A stretch of 64,000 bases of DNA from Eledone cirrhosa (taxonomy: Eukaryota). Below the pieces are notes generated by a model that did not search any database, had not been told where the DNA came from, and saw only the letters and a list, made by a program, of their open reading frames with translations. The position numbers were made by a program, and so were the translations under genes. The stretch is from NCBI GenBank assembly GCA_964016885.1, contig OZ024744.1, forward strand, positions 107,942,001-108,006,000, given 5' to 3'. Positions 12,081 to 25,687 of this stretch are shown piece by piece (positions within the stretch are counted from its first letter, which is position 1; the number at the start of each line of letters is the position of its first letter).

Positions 12081-12433
12081 GCTGCCAAGAAAGAAATTTT
12101 TCGGCAAAAATAGATATTTATTTTACCCCCTAAAAAGGGGGTAAATGCAAAAATGTTTCCCTAAATAACAGGGGTTAGTGTTCCAAATGTGTTGCACTAA
12201 AAATTTTATCCGGTACTTACAATAGTAAGGGTAAATCCCGATGGAATAGCGGAGCCGATGCGAAGCGTGTCTTACTCTATCAAGATAGATAGATAGATAG
12301 ATAGATAGTAATAATAATAAATTTGAAGACTAAAATCCAAAGAGGGCTCGATAAGGATAAATATATAGCAAATATATAGGCACCGTAGAGCCGGTTCTTT
12401 ATTTAAACTTTAATCTGTTATTTTAATAAATAA

Positions 12434-12479
<46 letters not shown>

Positions 12480-12597
12480 ATATGTATGTTTGTTGTGTGT
12501 GCCTGCCTGTGTGTGCATGTGTACCTGTGTGTGTACGTGTGTAAATGGGCGCGTGTGTGGATGTGCTTGTTGACTATATAACTTGACTATATAAATT

Positions 12598-12843
12598 AAG
12601 AGAAATTTCACAATAAAGGGAAGCACCCCAACACTTAGAACTCTTTCTGCCTTTGTCACCCTTATTTCAGCCTTAAAGAATTAGCTTCTAAAGAATTTCC
12701 CTTTTCTTTAAACCAATGAACCCCACCCATCCTGTAGACACCTGTCTTACAGGCATTGTTAGTTTAAGAGATAAACAAGGATTGGTATTCCAATTTTAAT
12801 TTGTGTCTACATTATTCTTTCTGTCTTTGTTAATATTATAGCT
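12598..12843 (-). repeat. ~245-bp interspersed repeat, copy 2
   Basis: Reverse complement of 1701-1945. Confidence 0.85.
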
Positions 12844-13082
12844 TTAGACCCCCACCCTCTCCTACCACTAGAAAAGAAAAGATATAAATACCACCACATT
12901 TACTTGGACAGCCAGCTTCCTGATGATTTCTCACGAATTAAACAGTACTAGTCCTGTAGAAACCTTTCTATATATATGTAGGTAAAAAAAATATATATAT
13001 ATGTATGTATGAATGAAGTAATTCCGTCGGAAAGGTCCAGGAAAAAAGAGTGCTCTATGTAGGTTACAGAGCTTAATAGTTA

Positions 13083-13446
13083 TGTAATAAACAATATAAG
13101 GCAATTATTTCATTTACCAGTGGTTTCTTAAAAGCAAACAAATTTTGCTTTCAATCATCAGAATGAAAAAATCCTGGTGTATTTATTGGCATTGGATTTT
13201 AAAAACAAAAATATAATCTATATGAAAGCGAGGCTGGAAAAGGAAGAAGGAAAGGAAAGATAAACACACATGCACACGCACACACACACACACATATATA
13301 CATACACATATATATACATACACATATATGTGTATATATACATATATATGTATATATATACATACACATACAAATACACATACATACACACATAAATCAA
13401 CAACATATCCATACATACACATACATACAAATACACAAACATGCAT

Positions 13447-13479
<33 letters not shown>

Positions 13480-13536
13480 TGCATATATATATATATATGA
13501 ACATACATATACATACATACCCATATACATATATAT

Positions 13537-13569
<33 letters not shown>

Positions 13570-14197
13570 CATACACATACATACACATATATATATATAC
13601 ACATGCATACATACACACAATCATACATATATACACACGTACATACATACACATATATCCACACATATATAAACGCATACATACGCATGCACAAATATAG
13701 ATATATGTACACACACCTACATACGCACACCTACAAATAATTATAAGAAAAAATATAATAATAAAAATACCGTCACATAAGAATAAAAATGAATATAAAA
13801 ATTATTATAGTGTTGACAGCGATACAGGCAACAGATAAATGTACAAACACACGTGGTAAGCAATACACACAATTGCACATACACATACATAGGTAAATAT
13901 AAATACATACACACACTCTCACACATACACATACATATACAATTACATATACACATACATACGCATACACATATATATATACACACACATACACACGCAC
14001 ATATACATATATACACACACATACATATATATATATACATACATATCCATACATACATTCACATACATATACATACATAACACAAACACATACATATGAA
14101 TACAAACACACACATATGTATGTGTGTAAAACTCATTCTTAGATGTATTCATATGAACCTTGTTTAACTCTAAAAATATATATAGATACATATATAT

Positions 14198-14200
<3 letters not shown>
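13083..14200 (-). repeat. ~1.1-kb HHR plus cryptic-microsatellite block, copy 1
   Basis: Inverted homolog at ~29720-30852, including unique islands (ttaaacaaggttcatatgaa; gcttaccacgtgtgtttgtacatttatctg). Confidence 0.85.
13109..13167 (-). ncRNA. Type I hammerhead ribozyme (short palindromic stem III)
   Basis: ttcatt-CTGATGA-ttgaaagcaaa...tttgcttttaa-GAAA-cca-c-tgg-TA-aatgaa. Confidence 0.85.
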
Positions 14201-14247
<47 letters not shown>

Positions 14248-14276
14248 AGACACTCATATACATACACATACATATG

Positions 14277-14331
<55 letters not shown>

Positions 14332-15044
14332 GTAAGAAACAACATAAATATTATATATATAAAATAACAAATATTGTATATATAAAAATAAAAAGTTGGG
14401 AAAACGACAAATAATAAATAAAAAAATAATTGGAAAAGGGTATAAATGTTTATAGCTGATTTAGAGCACTCAACAATTTATGGAGCAAATGATCAATGAA
14501 AATAAGCATTAAATCACTGTATGTAATTATGTATATGCACACACACATACATATACATATATATATGTAAAGTTATATTTAAAATTGTTGGGTTACAACT
14601 AGTAAATATTTATAACTGATATAAAAGCACTCGACAAATACTTGGAGTATATTTACAATATTAAATAAATGGAAAACTATATTTATAAAACCATATTTAT
14701 TTCATTATATCTATATAATCTATATTTATATATGTATCTATCTCTATTTCCTCTCTCTCTCTATATATATATATATCTTTCTGTCTCTTTACATGAAGCT
14801 CTTCGCTTTATCTATTTTTCCATCTCTCTATTTTGTTCCATGCATTTCTTCTTCTTCTTCTTTTTCTTTTTCTTCTTTTTCTTCCTTTTCTTCGTTTTGT
14901 CTTTCTTTCTTTCTTATTTCCCTCTTTTCTCTCTCTCTTTCTTTCTCTCTGTATTTTCACTGCTAGAGTAAACCTCTTCAAATGAAGTTGATGTTTATTA
15001 CGGTATGTCGAATATATTTATCTATAAAACTGTTTATATTGTAT

Positions 15045-15101
15045 TTTGTCTGATGAAGGCATAGCATATTGTTAATACGATATCCCCGAAATATATATAA
15101 T
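15045..15101 (+). ncRNA. Minimal hammerhead-like motif in a fold-back repeat
   Basis: CTGATGA at 15050, stem II, GAAATATATA; stem I imperfect; homolog at 28286-28342; 14660-14710 is inverted against 15095-15147. Confidence 0.5.
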
Positions 15102-15259
15102 GAAATAAATATGGTTTTATAAATATAGTTTTCCATTTATTTAATATTATACATATATATATATATATATGATGGCTGCCCCCTCGTTATCGAGTATGGC
15201 CATTGCGCGAGGAGAAAAAAAAATTAAAAAAATAAAAATAAAAGAAAAATAAAAGAAAA

Positions 15260-15290
<31 letters not shown>

Positions 15291-15335
15291 TATATACACA
15301 CACACACATACATTAATAATAATAATAATAATAAT

Positions 15336-18300
15336 GATTTCATTTATTAGCCACAAGGGCCGACATGTAGGGGACAATACAAAGACAGAGACAGTGGGGG
15401 TTTACAATAAGGTCGAGTAAAAGTGCACAATGGCAAGACTAATTTAACAATGAAAATATAAAATATAAAATAAACTATGCAAAATATAACAAAATAAATT
15501 CCCCGATAGGGGGTGGACGACCCTGGGGTGATTCGGGTACCCCACCAATCCTGAACCACCCTGCGCTTCTAGGGCACCCAGGAGAGCACCCCTCTCCTCA
15601 AGTTAGCTAGCCTATAGGCGCATGGTCAGAGTAGGCCCATTCACACGAGCCATTCTTGCCACATTCACCCACCTTTTAGCAAATGTACTGGGGGGCAGCA
15701 CTTCTCTCTCCACCCTCACCCTCCTTTCCAGGTGAAACTTGAAGAAGTTGATGAGGGATTGGCCGAAGAGAAAAGTGTCTGTCTTTAGTCCTTTCAACCT
15801 GATCCACCATATAATCTCTTTCGCAACTGCCACCAGACAGAGGAAAATGTCCTGCTCTTCCTGACCTAAGGAAGGTGGCGGCTCGATCTTCACTATGGAC
15901 TCGGCCGATAACTGGATTCGTTCCACACGCGACAGTAGCTGTTCGACATAACTCCACAAGTCAGTAATGCACGGACATTGGACAAGTGCGTGCAGAACGG
16001 TTTCGTCGTTCTGTGCGCATCTTGGGCAGGTCCGTCTGACAGCACTTCCGTGCCTGTAGAGTTTATCCCGAACCGGCAGTGCCCCCCGGTAGCACTGCCA
16101 AGCGAGGGATTTCTGGAAATTGTCCATCGTCCCCGGCTCAAAAGTCCTCCGGTACAGACTGGTCAGTTCGACTTCGTCGAGGCCCAAAGCTTCTCCGAGT
16201 GCGTCATCGCATTTGCCCACCACTAATCCTCTATAAAACTCGAGAGTGGAAGTTCCACTGATCGCATTGCCCGCTTGGTAGAGGGCAGTGAGTGCCTGGC
16301 AACATTCCAGGTGCCAGTCACCCAGTCTCGGTCTCTTCTTGACCCAGGACTGCAGCTCAGTCAAAGAAATGAGCTGCGGAAAGGCCCGTCTGATAAACGG
16401 CGACCACACCTGTTCACTATTGAGGCAGAATATTTGGAGATGTCGCAGCCTCAACGCATGTCTGCGCATCATTAGCCACGGCATGCCCAGCCCTCCGTGT
16501 AGAGGGTGCTGGAAGCAGATGGACCGCCTCACCAACGGAACTTGTCCCCTCCACAAGAATTTGAAGAGGAGCCGTTCCAACTTGACGAGGCGCGGACGGG
16601 GGCAAGGCACGACGGTTAGGCGGTAATAGATGACGGACGCGATGTACGCATTCGCCACCTCCGCGCGACCTTTCAGTGATAGCTTCCTCCCAGCCCATTT
16701 TTGGGTGAGACTGGCTACTCTGCTCGTTACCTCGTCCCAATTCTTTTCCACCTGGAGGTCTGGTCCGAACCAAACCCCGAGCAACTTTACTGGTCCGTCC
16801 GTCCAGCGCCCCACGACGCTGTTGGACGGCATGGGCTTGCCTCTCCAGGTTCCGAGCTGCAAGCCCACCGACTTTTCCGGGTTAAGTTTGGCTCCTGTCA
16901 ACCTTTCATATTCTTTCAATAAAGTGCCGACCACCTCGATTTCTGAGGTGTTCGACACCATCACGGTGATGTCGTCCGCATAAGCCGACACCGCCTTTCC
17001 ACGTCCCGGTTCGAGCGGGATGCCCTGCAACAGCTCCAGCTTCCGCAGTAAAGGCTCGAGAGTCAATACGTACAGAAAGGAAGAGAGAGGGCACCCTTGA
17101 CGGACCGATCGGGAGAGCCGAAATGGTTCCGAGAGGTGGCCATTAACTTTGACCACCGAGCGTGTGCCGCTGTGCATTGCAACGATCCAGCTTCTAAAGA
17201 CAGGGCCGAAGCCAGCTGCTTTGAGGACAAACTCCGGATACCGATGGTCGACCCTATCGAATGCTTTCGATTGATCTAAATTGATCAGTGCCCCACCGAA
17301 GCCAGGTTTACACCCTACCCTCTCTATGATGTATCGCATGAGGTGGAGATTGTCGTGTATGGACCTGGCTGGGATTGCGCAAGATTGCGCCTCCCCAACC
17401 AAATCCTCGACAAGCAGAGTTATGGGCCTGAAGTTGTCTAATGTATCCCTCTTGTTCTCGTCTTTCCTTATCAGCGTCACCACTCCCCTGCTCACAGAAC
17501 TGGGAATACTCCCATTCTGCTGCCAGTTACAGTAGAGTGCTTCAAGGAGTTCGGAGAACAAGTCTGGCATATTTACGTAAAGCTCGTAGGGCAGGCCATC
17601 CAAGCCTGGTGACTTGCGCCTCATGCAGCCGACAAGGGCGTCCTGAATTTCGGCTGAAGTAATCGGCCTTTCGCAGCGCTCAGCGTCGACCGTCGAGATG
17701 CGCGGCAAGCCGTCAAGGTAGGGACTGAAATCCGCTACTCTCTCTGACCCGCCACTCTCCCCGAACAACCGAGCAAAGTGCTGGCGAAAGGCCTCACACA
17801 TCCGCTTGGAATCGCTTATCTCGTGTCCGTCTCGGTCCGCCAAAGACCGAATTGTGGTTTTATTACCACGCTGCGCCTCCGCCACGCGGGCCCATCGAAC
17901 AGCTTTAATTCCCTCGTTTCTCAGCTTTAATTCCCTCGTTTCTTAGCTCTGACAATGCAACCTTCGTGTTTGGCATTGAAGAAATGGTCTAATGCCATTC
18001 TCGCCGCTAGCACGTCAGTTGCGATGCCACTACAAATAGCCTCGTCTAACTTATCTACCAGCTCCCCCTCCTTTCTATTTTTTTCTAACGCTAGTTCTTT
18101 GCTGAACTCTATCGAAGTTACTCTAATCTCTCTTTTGAGAGCCCCCCACCATCTGTTGTTGATGATCCCCCCTGTCAACTTTTGCTTAACTAACTTATTG
18201 ACTCGGTCCCTGTAAGCCTTACGTGCCGGAAATGACATGTTCAGCTTCCAGTAACCCGGTCCTAACCTACGCGTTTTATTTAGGTCGACCGTACAGATCA

Positions 18301-18947
18301 CAAATTTGTGATCTGAATAGGCGACCGTTTTAAAAAGTGGACAGCCCACACTATTTCTATCTATTTTCCTAATGAAGATTCTGTCTATATACGATCTAGA
18401 TGACCCCATTCGGTTGGTCCATGTCCATACTGGCACATTGGGGAAATCTAGTCGATACCTGTCAGACAGTTGGAACTGGCTGAGTAGGTGCTTGAGGCTT
18501 TTGCACCCCCCGCTCCTATCGGCTACTCCCACACAATCCCAGCGTGCGTCTAAGATGCCATTCCAGTCCCCCGCTAACAGTAAAGGGCGAGACGTACCCA
18601 GAAAGGTCTCCAGGCGCCTAAAGAAGTCAGGTCGTCCGGCCCCTGTAGGGGCGTAGGCGGCCAGCAGTCTAAAGGCACCACCTTCGCTACTGCTCACATC
18701 CAAGACCACCAACTTACCGTCCGGGTCCCGGAAGATCGACCTTACCTCGAGATCCAGTCCTTTCCTAAACAGCACTGCCACCCCACCCCCCATTCCCGGC
18801 CTGCTAACAGATGCGAAGATCTGATAGTCGTCGAAAATGGGGGCTAGTGCACGCGTGTCGGAAATTCTGGTCTCGCTTACGGCAATCACATCCATTTCCA
18901 GCGACCGGAGGTCGTTGAGCAGGCGACCCTGCTCCCAGGGTGACCCC
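15336..18947 (-). mobile_element. Second Tx1-clade LINE family, 5'-truncated ORF2 pseudogene
   Basis: APE (17927-18947) and RT (15612-17885) homologous to 6806-10237; 22-bp duplication at 17901-17944 frameshifts; ~18-aa deletion after RPITLL; (AAT)n on both flanks. Confidence 0.9.
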
Positions 18948-19054
18948 AATAATAATAATAATAATAACAACAATAATAATAACGATACAACAACAATAAT
19001 ATACATATATATATACACATACACGCACACACATAAACATATCTATACACACAC

Positions 19055-22000
19055 GATAGCAACTAACAGCGCTGCGATCGAATGTGGCTTTTTAGCCCAG
19101 CCAATGATCTAAAATGTCTTGCACAGAGTCGACAACCAAAACATTCACTGGGAATAGTCGGCTGTGGTTGGAGTTCGTGAACTTTTGCATGTCGCTTGAG
19201 CCCTCCTGCTGATTTACATTCTCTACCACATGTTTGGCAAGCATGATGAGTAGCATCTCCAACAGCAGCCTGGTAGTCAACCACTGGTCTTACTTTATGA
19301 TTGCGAAGATGACTTTCGAGTCCAGTTTTGCTTGGGCACAGACGCTGCATGTCAGCACCATAGGAGGACCCTCGCCGTCTGGAAGTGCAACAGCAATGCC
19401 CTTCCTCACATCCTGCTTTACTTTCTCGTATGTGATTTGAGATGCCTCAAAGGCAACTTTTCCCTCATATTCAGTCTTTCTCCATTTATTACGATCAGCA
19501 GCAACATTTTCCCATGTATCAGCAGAGATGTTAGCGTCTTTCAAAGAGGCTTTCAAGGAATCCTTATACCTCTTTTTTGGTTTATGTGGCGGTCGTTTTC
19601 CTTTAACCAACTCTCCATAAAAGAGTTGTTTTGGTATTCTAGAATCCTTCATCCTGGCAAGGTGACCACTCCAACGGAGTCGTTGCTTAAGCACAAGAGC
19701 TTCTATACTGTCTCACACAGAGCTTTCCAAAATCTCGACATCACTGATGTGGTCCCTCCAGTGAACGCCATGGATCCGTCTGAGACACATCTGATGGAAA
19801 CGCTCCAAGTGTTTCCCAGGTAGACAAACTGATCAACCACTCCAAGTCGTTTACCATACACATAGATATTTGGTTCAGTGTACTGCTTACCAGGGGCAGT
19901 TTGGTACATGACGACGGTTTTCTTGAGACTGACAGTCAATCCTAGGGCAGTGCAAGCGTCAGAAAATGCATTCAAAATGTGCTGCATATCACTCTCTGTG
20001 TGCGCTACAAGATCGCAATCATCTGCATACAAGAGGTCTCTTATGATTGATGTAAATACTTTTGTCTTTGCAGCAAAGCGCCTGATGTTAAATATGTTGC
20101 CTGAGGTTCGATATCGGATGTAAACACCATGCTCGCAATTCCTGAATGCAATACAGAAAACCATTGCAAAGTATATGGCAAACAGGGTCGGTGCTGGAAT
20201 ATCCCCCTGTTTCACTCCATTTTTTACTGAGATAGGCTCCGACATGTTACCTCCGACATTAACCCAAGCCTTCATGTCGTCATGGAAAGACCTAACTAAA
20301 GCAAGGAACTTATCAGGGCAACCAAGTTTCTGGAGAACCTTCCATAATGCATTTCTGTTAACTGTATCGAAAGCTTTTGTCAGATCGACAAAAACCTAAT
20401 ACAGATCCAAGCCTTGTTCCATGCACTTCTTCTGGAGCTGTCTAGCTGAGAAGATCATATCAGTAGTGCCCCGTCCAGCACGAAAACCAGATTGACTTTC
20501 AGGAAGAACACAATCTGCAATGTGTGTCAGCAGACGGTCCAGAAGCACCCTACATAAAACTTTCCCTACGACAGAAAGCAATGATATACCTCTGTAGTTC
20601 CCACAATCATGCCCCAAAGATGTTGCAGGAGTCTCTCACCACCATATTGTAGGAGCTCAGCATGTATGCCATCCATACCTGGAGATCTTCCACTGTTCAG
20701 CTTCGAAATAGCCACTGCAACCTCCACAAGCGTCGGAGGTTCTGCGAGAGCTACTTTCACAGGACTTTCTGGAATGAGATTGAGGAAATTTTCACTGACG
20801 ACAGACGGCTGATTCAAAAGATCATCAAAGTGCTCTCGCCACCTTCGTAGAATTCCTTGTGAGTCACGAAGAAGTTCTTTGCCATCCTTGCTGCGAAGCG
20901 GTGACACCAAAGAAGAAGACGGTCCATAAACCTCACGCAAGAGACTGTACAGTAGCTTTGTGTTATTGGAATCTGACGCAGTTTGTATCTCACCAGCCTT
21001 CTCACTCCACTACTAATCCTTCATCTGAGAAAGACTCCGCCTAACACGTGATTTTATATCCTTGAGTTCCTCATGCAACGTATTCCTCTCCTGTGGTCTT
21101 GCCGTCAAGTAGCGTGACAGAGCACGCCTCTTATCAGCCAACAAGTCTTCTATATGTACATCATTCTCATTAAACCAGTCCTGATGTTTTCTCTGCACCA
21201 ATCCCAGAACACACCTGCCTACATCATAAACCGACTTTTTAAGGGTCGGCCAATCCTCACCAAGATCTGCAGCCTGCATCTCTCCTTCCAATGTCCTCTT
21301 CACATTTTTATCCTTAAGACGAGCAGCATTCAATCTTTTGGGCAGGGCAACACTAGGAGCCCGGATTTTACGTTTAGTGATTAGTTTCACTTTTGCGCGT
21401 ACCAGGCGGTGGTCCGTCCAGCACTCAGCTCCACGAAGAGCACGAACACACTGCACATCCTGTCTGGCACGCATCCTGACTAGGACGTAATCCAAAAGAT
21501 GCCATTCCTTAGATGCAGGATGCATCCATGTGGTCTTGAATTTGTTCTTTTGTTGGAACATGGTGTTGGTAACACACAGATCCAGCTCCTCACACATCTG
21601 CAGCAGGAGCATACCATTGTTGTTAAACTTTCCCACCCCATGCCTTCCGATTACATTCCATGTGTTAAAATCCCTACCCACTCTAGCATTAAAGTCACCA
21701 AGCACGATGACTTTGTCTGCCTGAGGGATATTTCTTAAAACACCTTTCAAGGCATGGTAAAAGGACACTTTTTCTTCATCGACAGAATTCATAGTTGGAG
21801 CATACACACTCACCAGGGTAGCATATCTTCCTTTGTCCAGCGGAATTCTCATGGACATAAGACGCTCACTAATCCCTACTGGGAATTCTTCTAATTTATT
21901 CACAAGTACAGTCTTAGCAGCAAATCCTACCCCAGCCTCTCTTCTGGTTCCTTCATCTCTTACTTTCCAGAAGAATGTATATTCTCCACAAAATTCCGTA

Positions 22001-22300
22001 AGATGACCATCTCGAGCTAACCTCGTCTCAGATAAAGCCACGATGTCAAGATCGTAACGTCGAAGCTCCATTGCAACAAGAGCGATCCTTCGTTCAGGAC
22101 GCTCTAAGGAATCCCTGTCAAGCAGCGTCCGTACGTTCCAGCAGCCAAGACTAAATGCCTTGTTTGGCTCTATTACAATGGCACGATGACGAGCGGGCCC
22201 AGGCTGTGATAACCTGGGGCCCCGGCCCTTATTGCCAATTATCTTTTTTGTTCCAGAACCTAAATTGTCAATTATCTCTTTTATATTGTTCTGGAACATC
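19055..22300 (-). mobile_element. RTE-clade LINE, near full-length, degraded; C-terminal C2H2 zinc fingers
   Basis: GCWNVRTL, LSETR, GDFNARVG, LDY, TDH (APE); NYRGISLL, QSGFR, GVKQGD, YADD; LRWSGHLARM; several stops and frameshifts. Confidence 0.9.
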
Positions 22301-22516
22301 ATTGAATTGGGAAAAAAAAAAAAAAAAAAAAAAAAAAGTAATAATAATAGTAACAATAATAATAATAATAATAGTACACTATTAATAATTATTAATGCAC
22401 TCGTGCAATGCCTGTGCGTGACGAATATTTTTTAAAGTGAGGAAAGACTGTGCACTAAGCCAATCCCACTCTCTGAGCGACAGTAGCTATAACCCGAAAA
22501 GAAGAAAAGATCAATA

Positions 22517-23229
<713 letters not shown>

Positions 23230-23768
23230 AGTGTATATACATATACATACTACTGTACGTCTGTATACATATATGTACACGTACATACATATATGTATAC
23301 AGACGTACAGTAGTATGTATATGTATATACATACATGCACACATATATATATGTACGTATGGATTCACCGAACATTTATTATAATGCTTGGTGTGTTTGT
23401 AAACAAACATCCCGTATTAAGCCGTAGTGTCCAGCAACCATCGTTGCTCGTTTGTTCAACACTGACAAAGGAACGCTGTACTAGTTTCAAGCTTATTAGC
23501 TATCATCACCAACGTATACTTTCCTGCCAGATTGTTGAACGTATATACTTACCTTATGCATATTAACGGCAGAGTAGCCCAATTTGCATATCGAGTGGGT
23601 TAATCGGCCGGGTGCACCGAATACGATAAACAGGAAAAATGAAACGTATGTATATACATATACTTACTACTGTACGTCTGTATACATATATGTATGTACG
23701 TGTACATACTTATATTTAAGTAACAGCCGTACTAAGAGTGGGAAATGAAATTTCGTTTCATTTTTCCT

Positions 23769-23772
<4 letters not shown>
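23230..23772. repeat. Small fold-back / direct-repeat element
   Basis: Hairpin at ~23232-23330; direct copy at ~23650-23710; taaacaggaaaaatgaaacg inverted at ~23753-23772. Confidence 0.7.
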
Positions 23773-23807
<35 letters not shown>

Positions 23808-23912
23808 ACCGTCATTACTGATACAAGATTACAAGATTGTCAACTGTTGACTTTCAAGAGTTTGTATAGTTGAAGCCGTCCGTGTTACAGTCCAGTATTA
23901 TTGTAATTGCTT

Positions 23913-24063
23913 TACAGCATAGAGTTATGGCTCTCCACGCTCTGAGCTTAAATCCCGCCGAGGTCAACCTTGCCTTTCACCCCCACGGAGTCAACAAAAG
24001 AGAGTACCAGTAATGCGTTGGACCAGTCGCTGGATCCGTGCCAAAAGCAGAAAAATTATTATT
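23913..24063 (+). mobile_element. tRNA-derived SINE (Meta-domain-like)
   Basis: Degenerate B-box, then cccgccgaggtcaaccttgcctttcacccc...agtaccag; homologous to 35087-35323. Confidence 0.75.
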
Positions 24064-24349
24064 AAAGTTGTTTTCTTAAGGCGCTGGTGATGGTGATAGC
24101 AGCGGTGGTGGCAGTTGATGTTGTTGTGTTGTGTGCGTGTGTGTGTGTTTTGTTATTTTGAGTTTTTTTGTTTGTTTGTGGATTTAAAAAAAAAATCTTT
24201 TGATGCCGCTGTTGTTGTTGTTGTAAATGTTCATTTCAATTCATTCTGAAGCTGTTGTTGCTGTAAACATTAGTGCCGGTGTTGTTGTTGTAGATGTTGG
24301 GGTTGAAATCTGGTCGTTTGACTGAGTGATGTATATACACACATATACA

Positions 24350-24897
24350 TGGTGGCTGCCAATTCGTTTTCGAGTACGGCCACTACTTTATATCCATGTA
24401 GGAGAAGCCCTACCGATGCGCTGAATGAGTGTGGTGTGACTTTTTAGTCCAGCCAGCGACTTGAAAACTCTGGTACAAACACTGCACTTCTGACAATTAT
24501 TGACATATAGTGCTGGGCCCATGGTACCATGTGATGACAAGGGCAGAGAGATCTCCAGATATAAAGCAATGCCTGTGCCGTGAAGCTTTTATAGTGAGCA
24601 AAGGCACTGCACAAAGCCAGTCCCACTCTCTTAACCAAGATGATATTTACCAAACAGAAGAACAAGTCAACATCATTGGATACCATCAGGGTTGCAGGTG
24701 TTATATCAGAGTTTTCCTTCTCCTAGAATTCTGCCTTGACAAAGGCTAAGGGGTCATCTCTCCCAGTGATTTTGGATGGCCATTGACTCTTAAGACTCTT
24801 AAGAGCTTTGCCCTTTGACAGGTTTTGTTTTTAGTCCTGCAGGATGTCCAAAGTCACCCTCCTCACCAAGAAACCTTGGTGGGGTTGCTAGTTTATA
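24350..24897 (-). mobile_element. Non-autonomous bipartite RTE-derived element (5'UTR motif plus 3' tail)
   Basis: ctaggagaaggaaaactctgat motif; homologous to ~22405-22630; 3' tail ggccgtactcgaaaacgaattggcagcc matches 15172-15203. Confidence 0.6.
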
Positions 24898-24909
24898 TCT
24901 AGTAATACC

Positions 24910-25687
24910 AATTTATATCTAGTAACATATATATACATACAGATGCATATCAATGCTAGCAAATATATAGGTTTTGTCTTAGTAACATTGTGGTTCAATG
25001 CATGGGGTTGCAGAACGAAAATATGAGAAACGTAAAATAAGAAAATTATAAAATTAACTTACTTACTAAAATATCACTTCCAACTAATTAGTTTCTGGAA
25101 TGGAGTAAATATATTTTCCGAAGAATATGCATCTGTATGTATATATATGTCACTAGATATAAATTCTTTATAATTATCTCCAAATTATTTGTCGAGCAAT
25201 ATTGGCCATGACTGCTGCTATGGTAGTAGGCAGGCCGCTGTCTTATTAGCAAACCACTTTCCACTGATTGACCTCGATGTCACGTGATTGATTCTTTTTG
25301 AATTTGCCACAGACGTAGAGGCAGTGATTTTCTCAATGGCTAGGAATTCAGTCCACGCTTTGCTATTTCCTATCCACTGAATTATTTTTTAATAAGTTTC
25401 CAGAGTCCTCGCTTTGCCTGGTAACTTGGATGAAAATAGACTTCCCTGAGGACGGAATGCTTTTAAATATATTCTTCGGAAAATATATTTACTCCATTCC
25501 AGAAACAAATTAGTTGGAAGTGATATTTTAGTAAGTAAGTTAATTTTATAATTTTCTTATTTTACGTTTCTCATATTTTCGTTCTGCAACCCCATGCATT
25601 GAACCACAATGTTACTAAGACAAAACCTATATATTTGCTAGCATTGATATGCATCTGTATGTATATATATGTTACTAGATATAAATT

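Larger units (their letters stand above)
6574..12282 (-). mobile_element. Full-length Tx1/L1-clade LINE (5'UTR-ORF1-ORF2-3'UTR)
   Basis: Gag-like ORF1 plus APE-RT ORF2; AATAAA near the 3' end; (GATA)n on both flanks. Confidence 0.92.

Noticed and set aside
10534-12144. Plus-strand hydrophobic ORFs (238 aa, 137 aa)
   Set aside because: Antisense shadows of the A/C-rich Tx1 ORF1
12917-12963. HHR candidate ttc-CTGATGA...TAAA-cag..ctg-TA-gaa (similar at 143-182)
   Set aside because: GAAA is replaced by TAAA; at best an inactive relic, so not listed as a feature
24850-24897. Twister ribozyme suggested by gaggaggg on the minus strand
   Set aside because: No UAA cleavage loop or GGUCCCAAGCCC-like P4 module found
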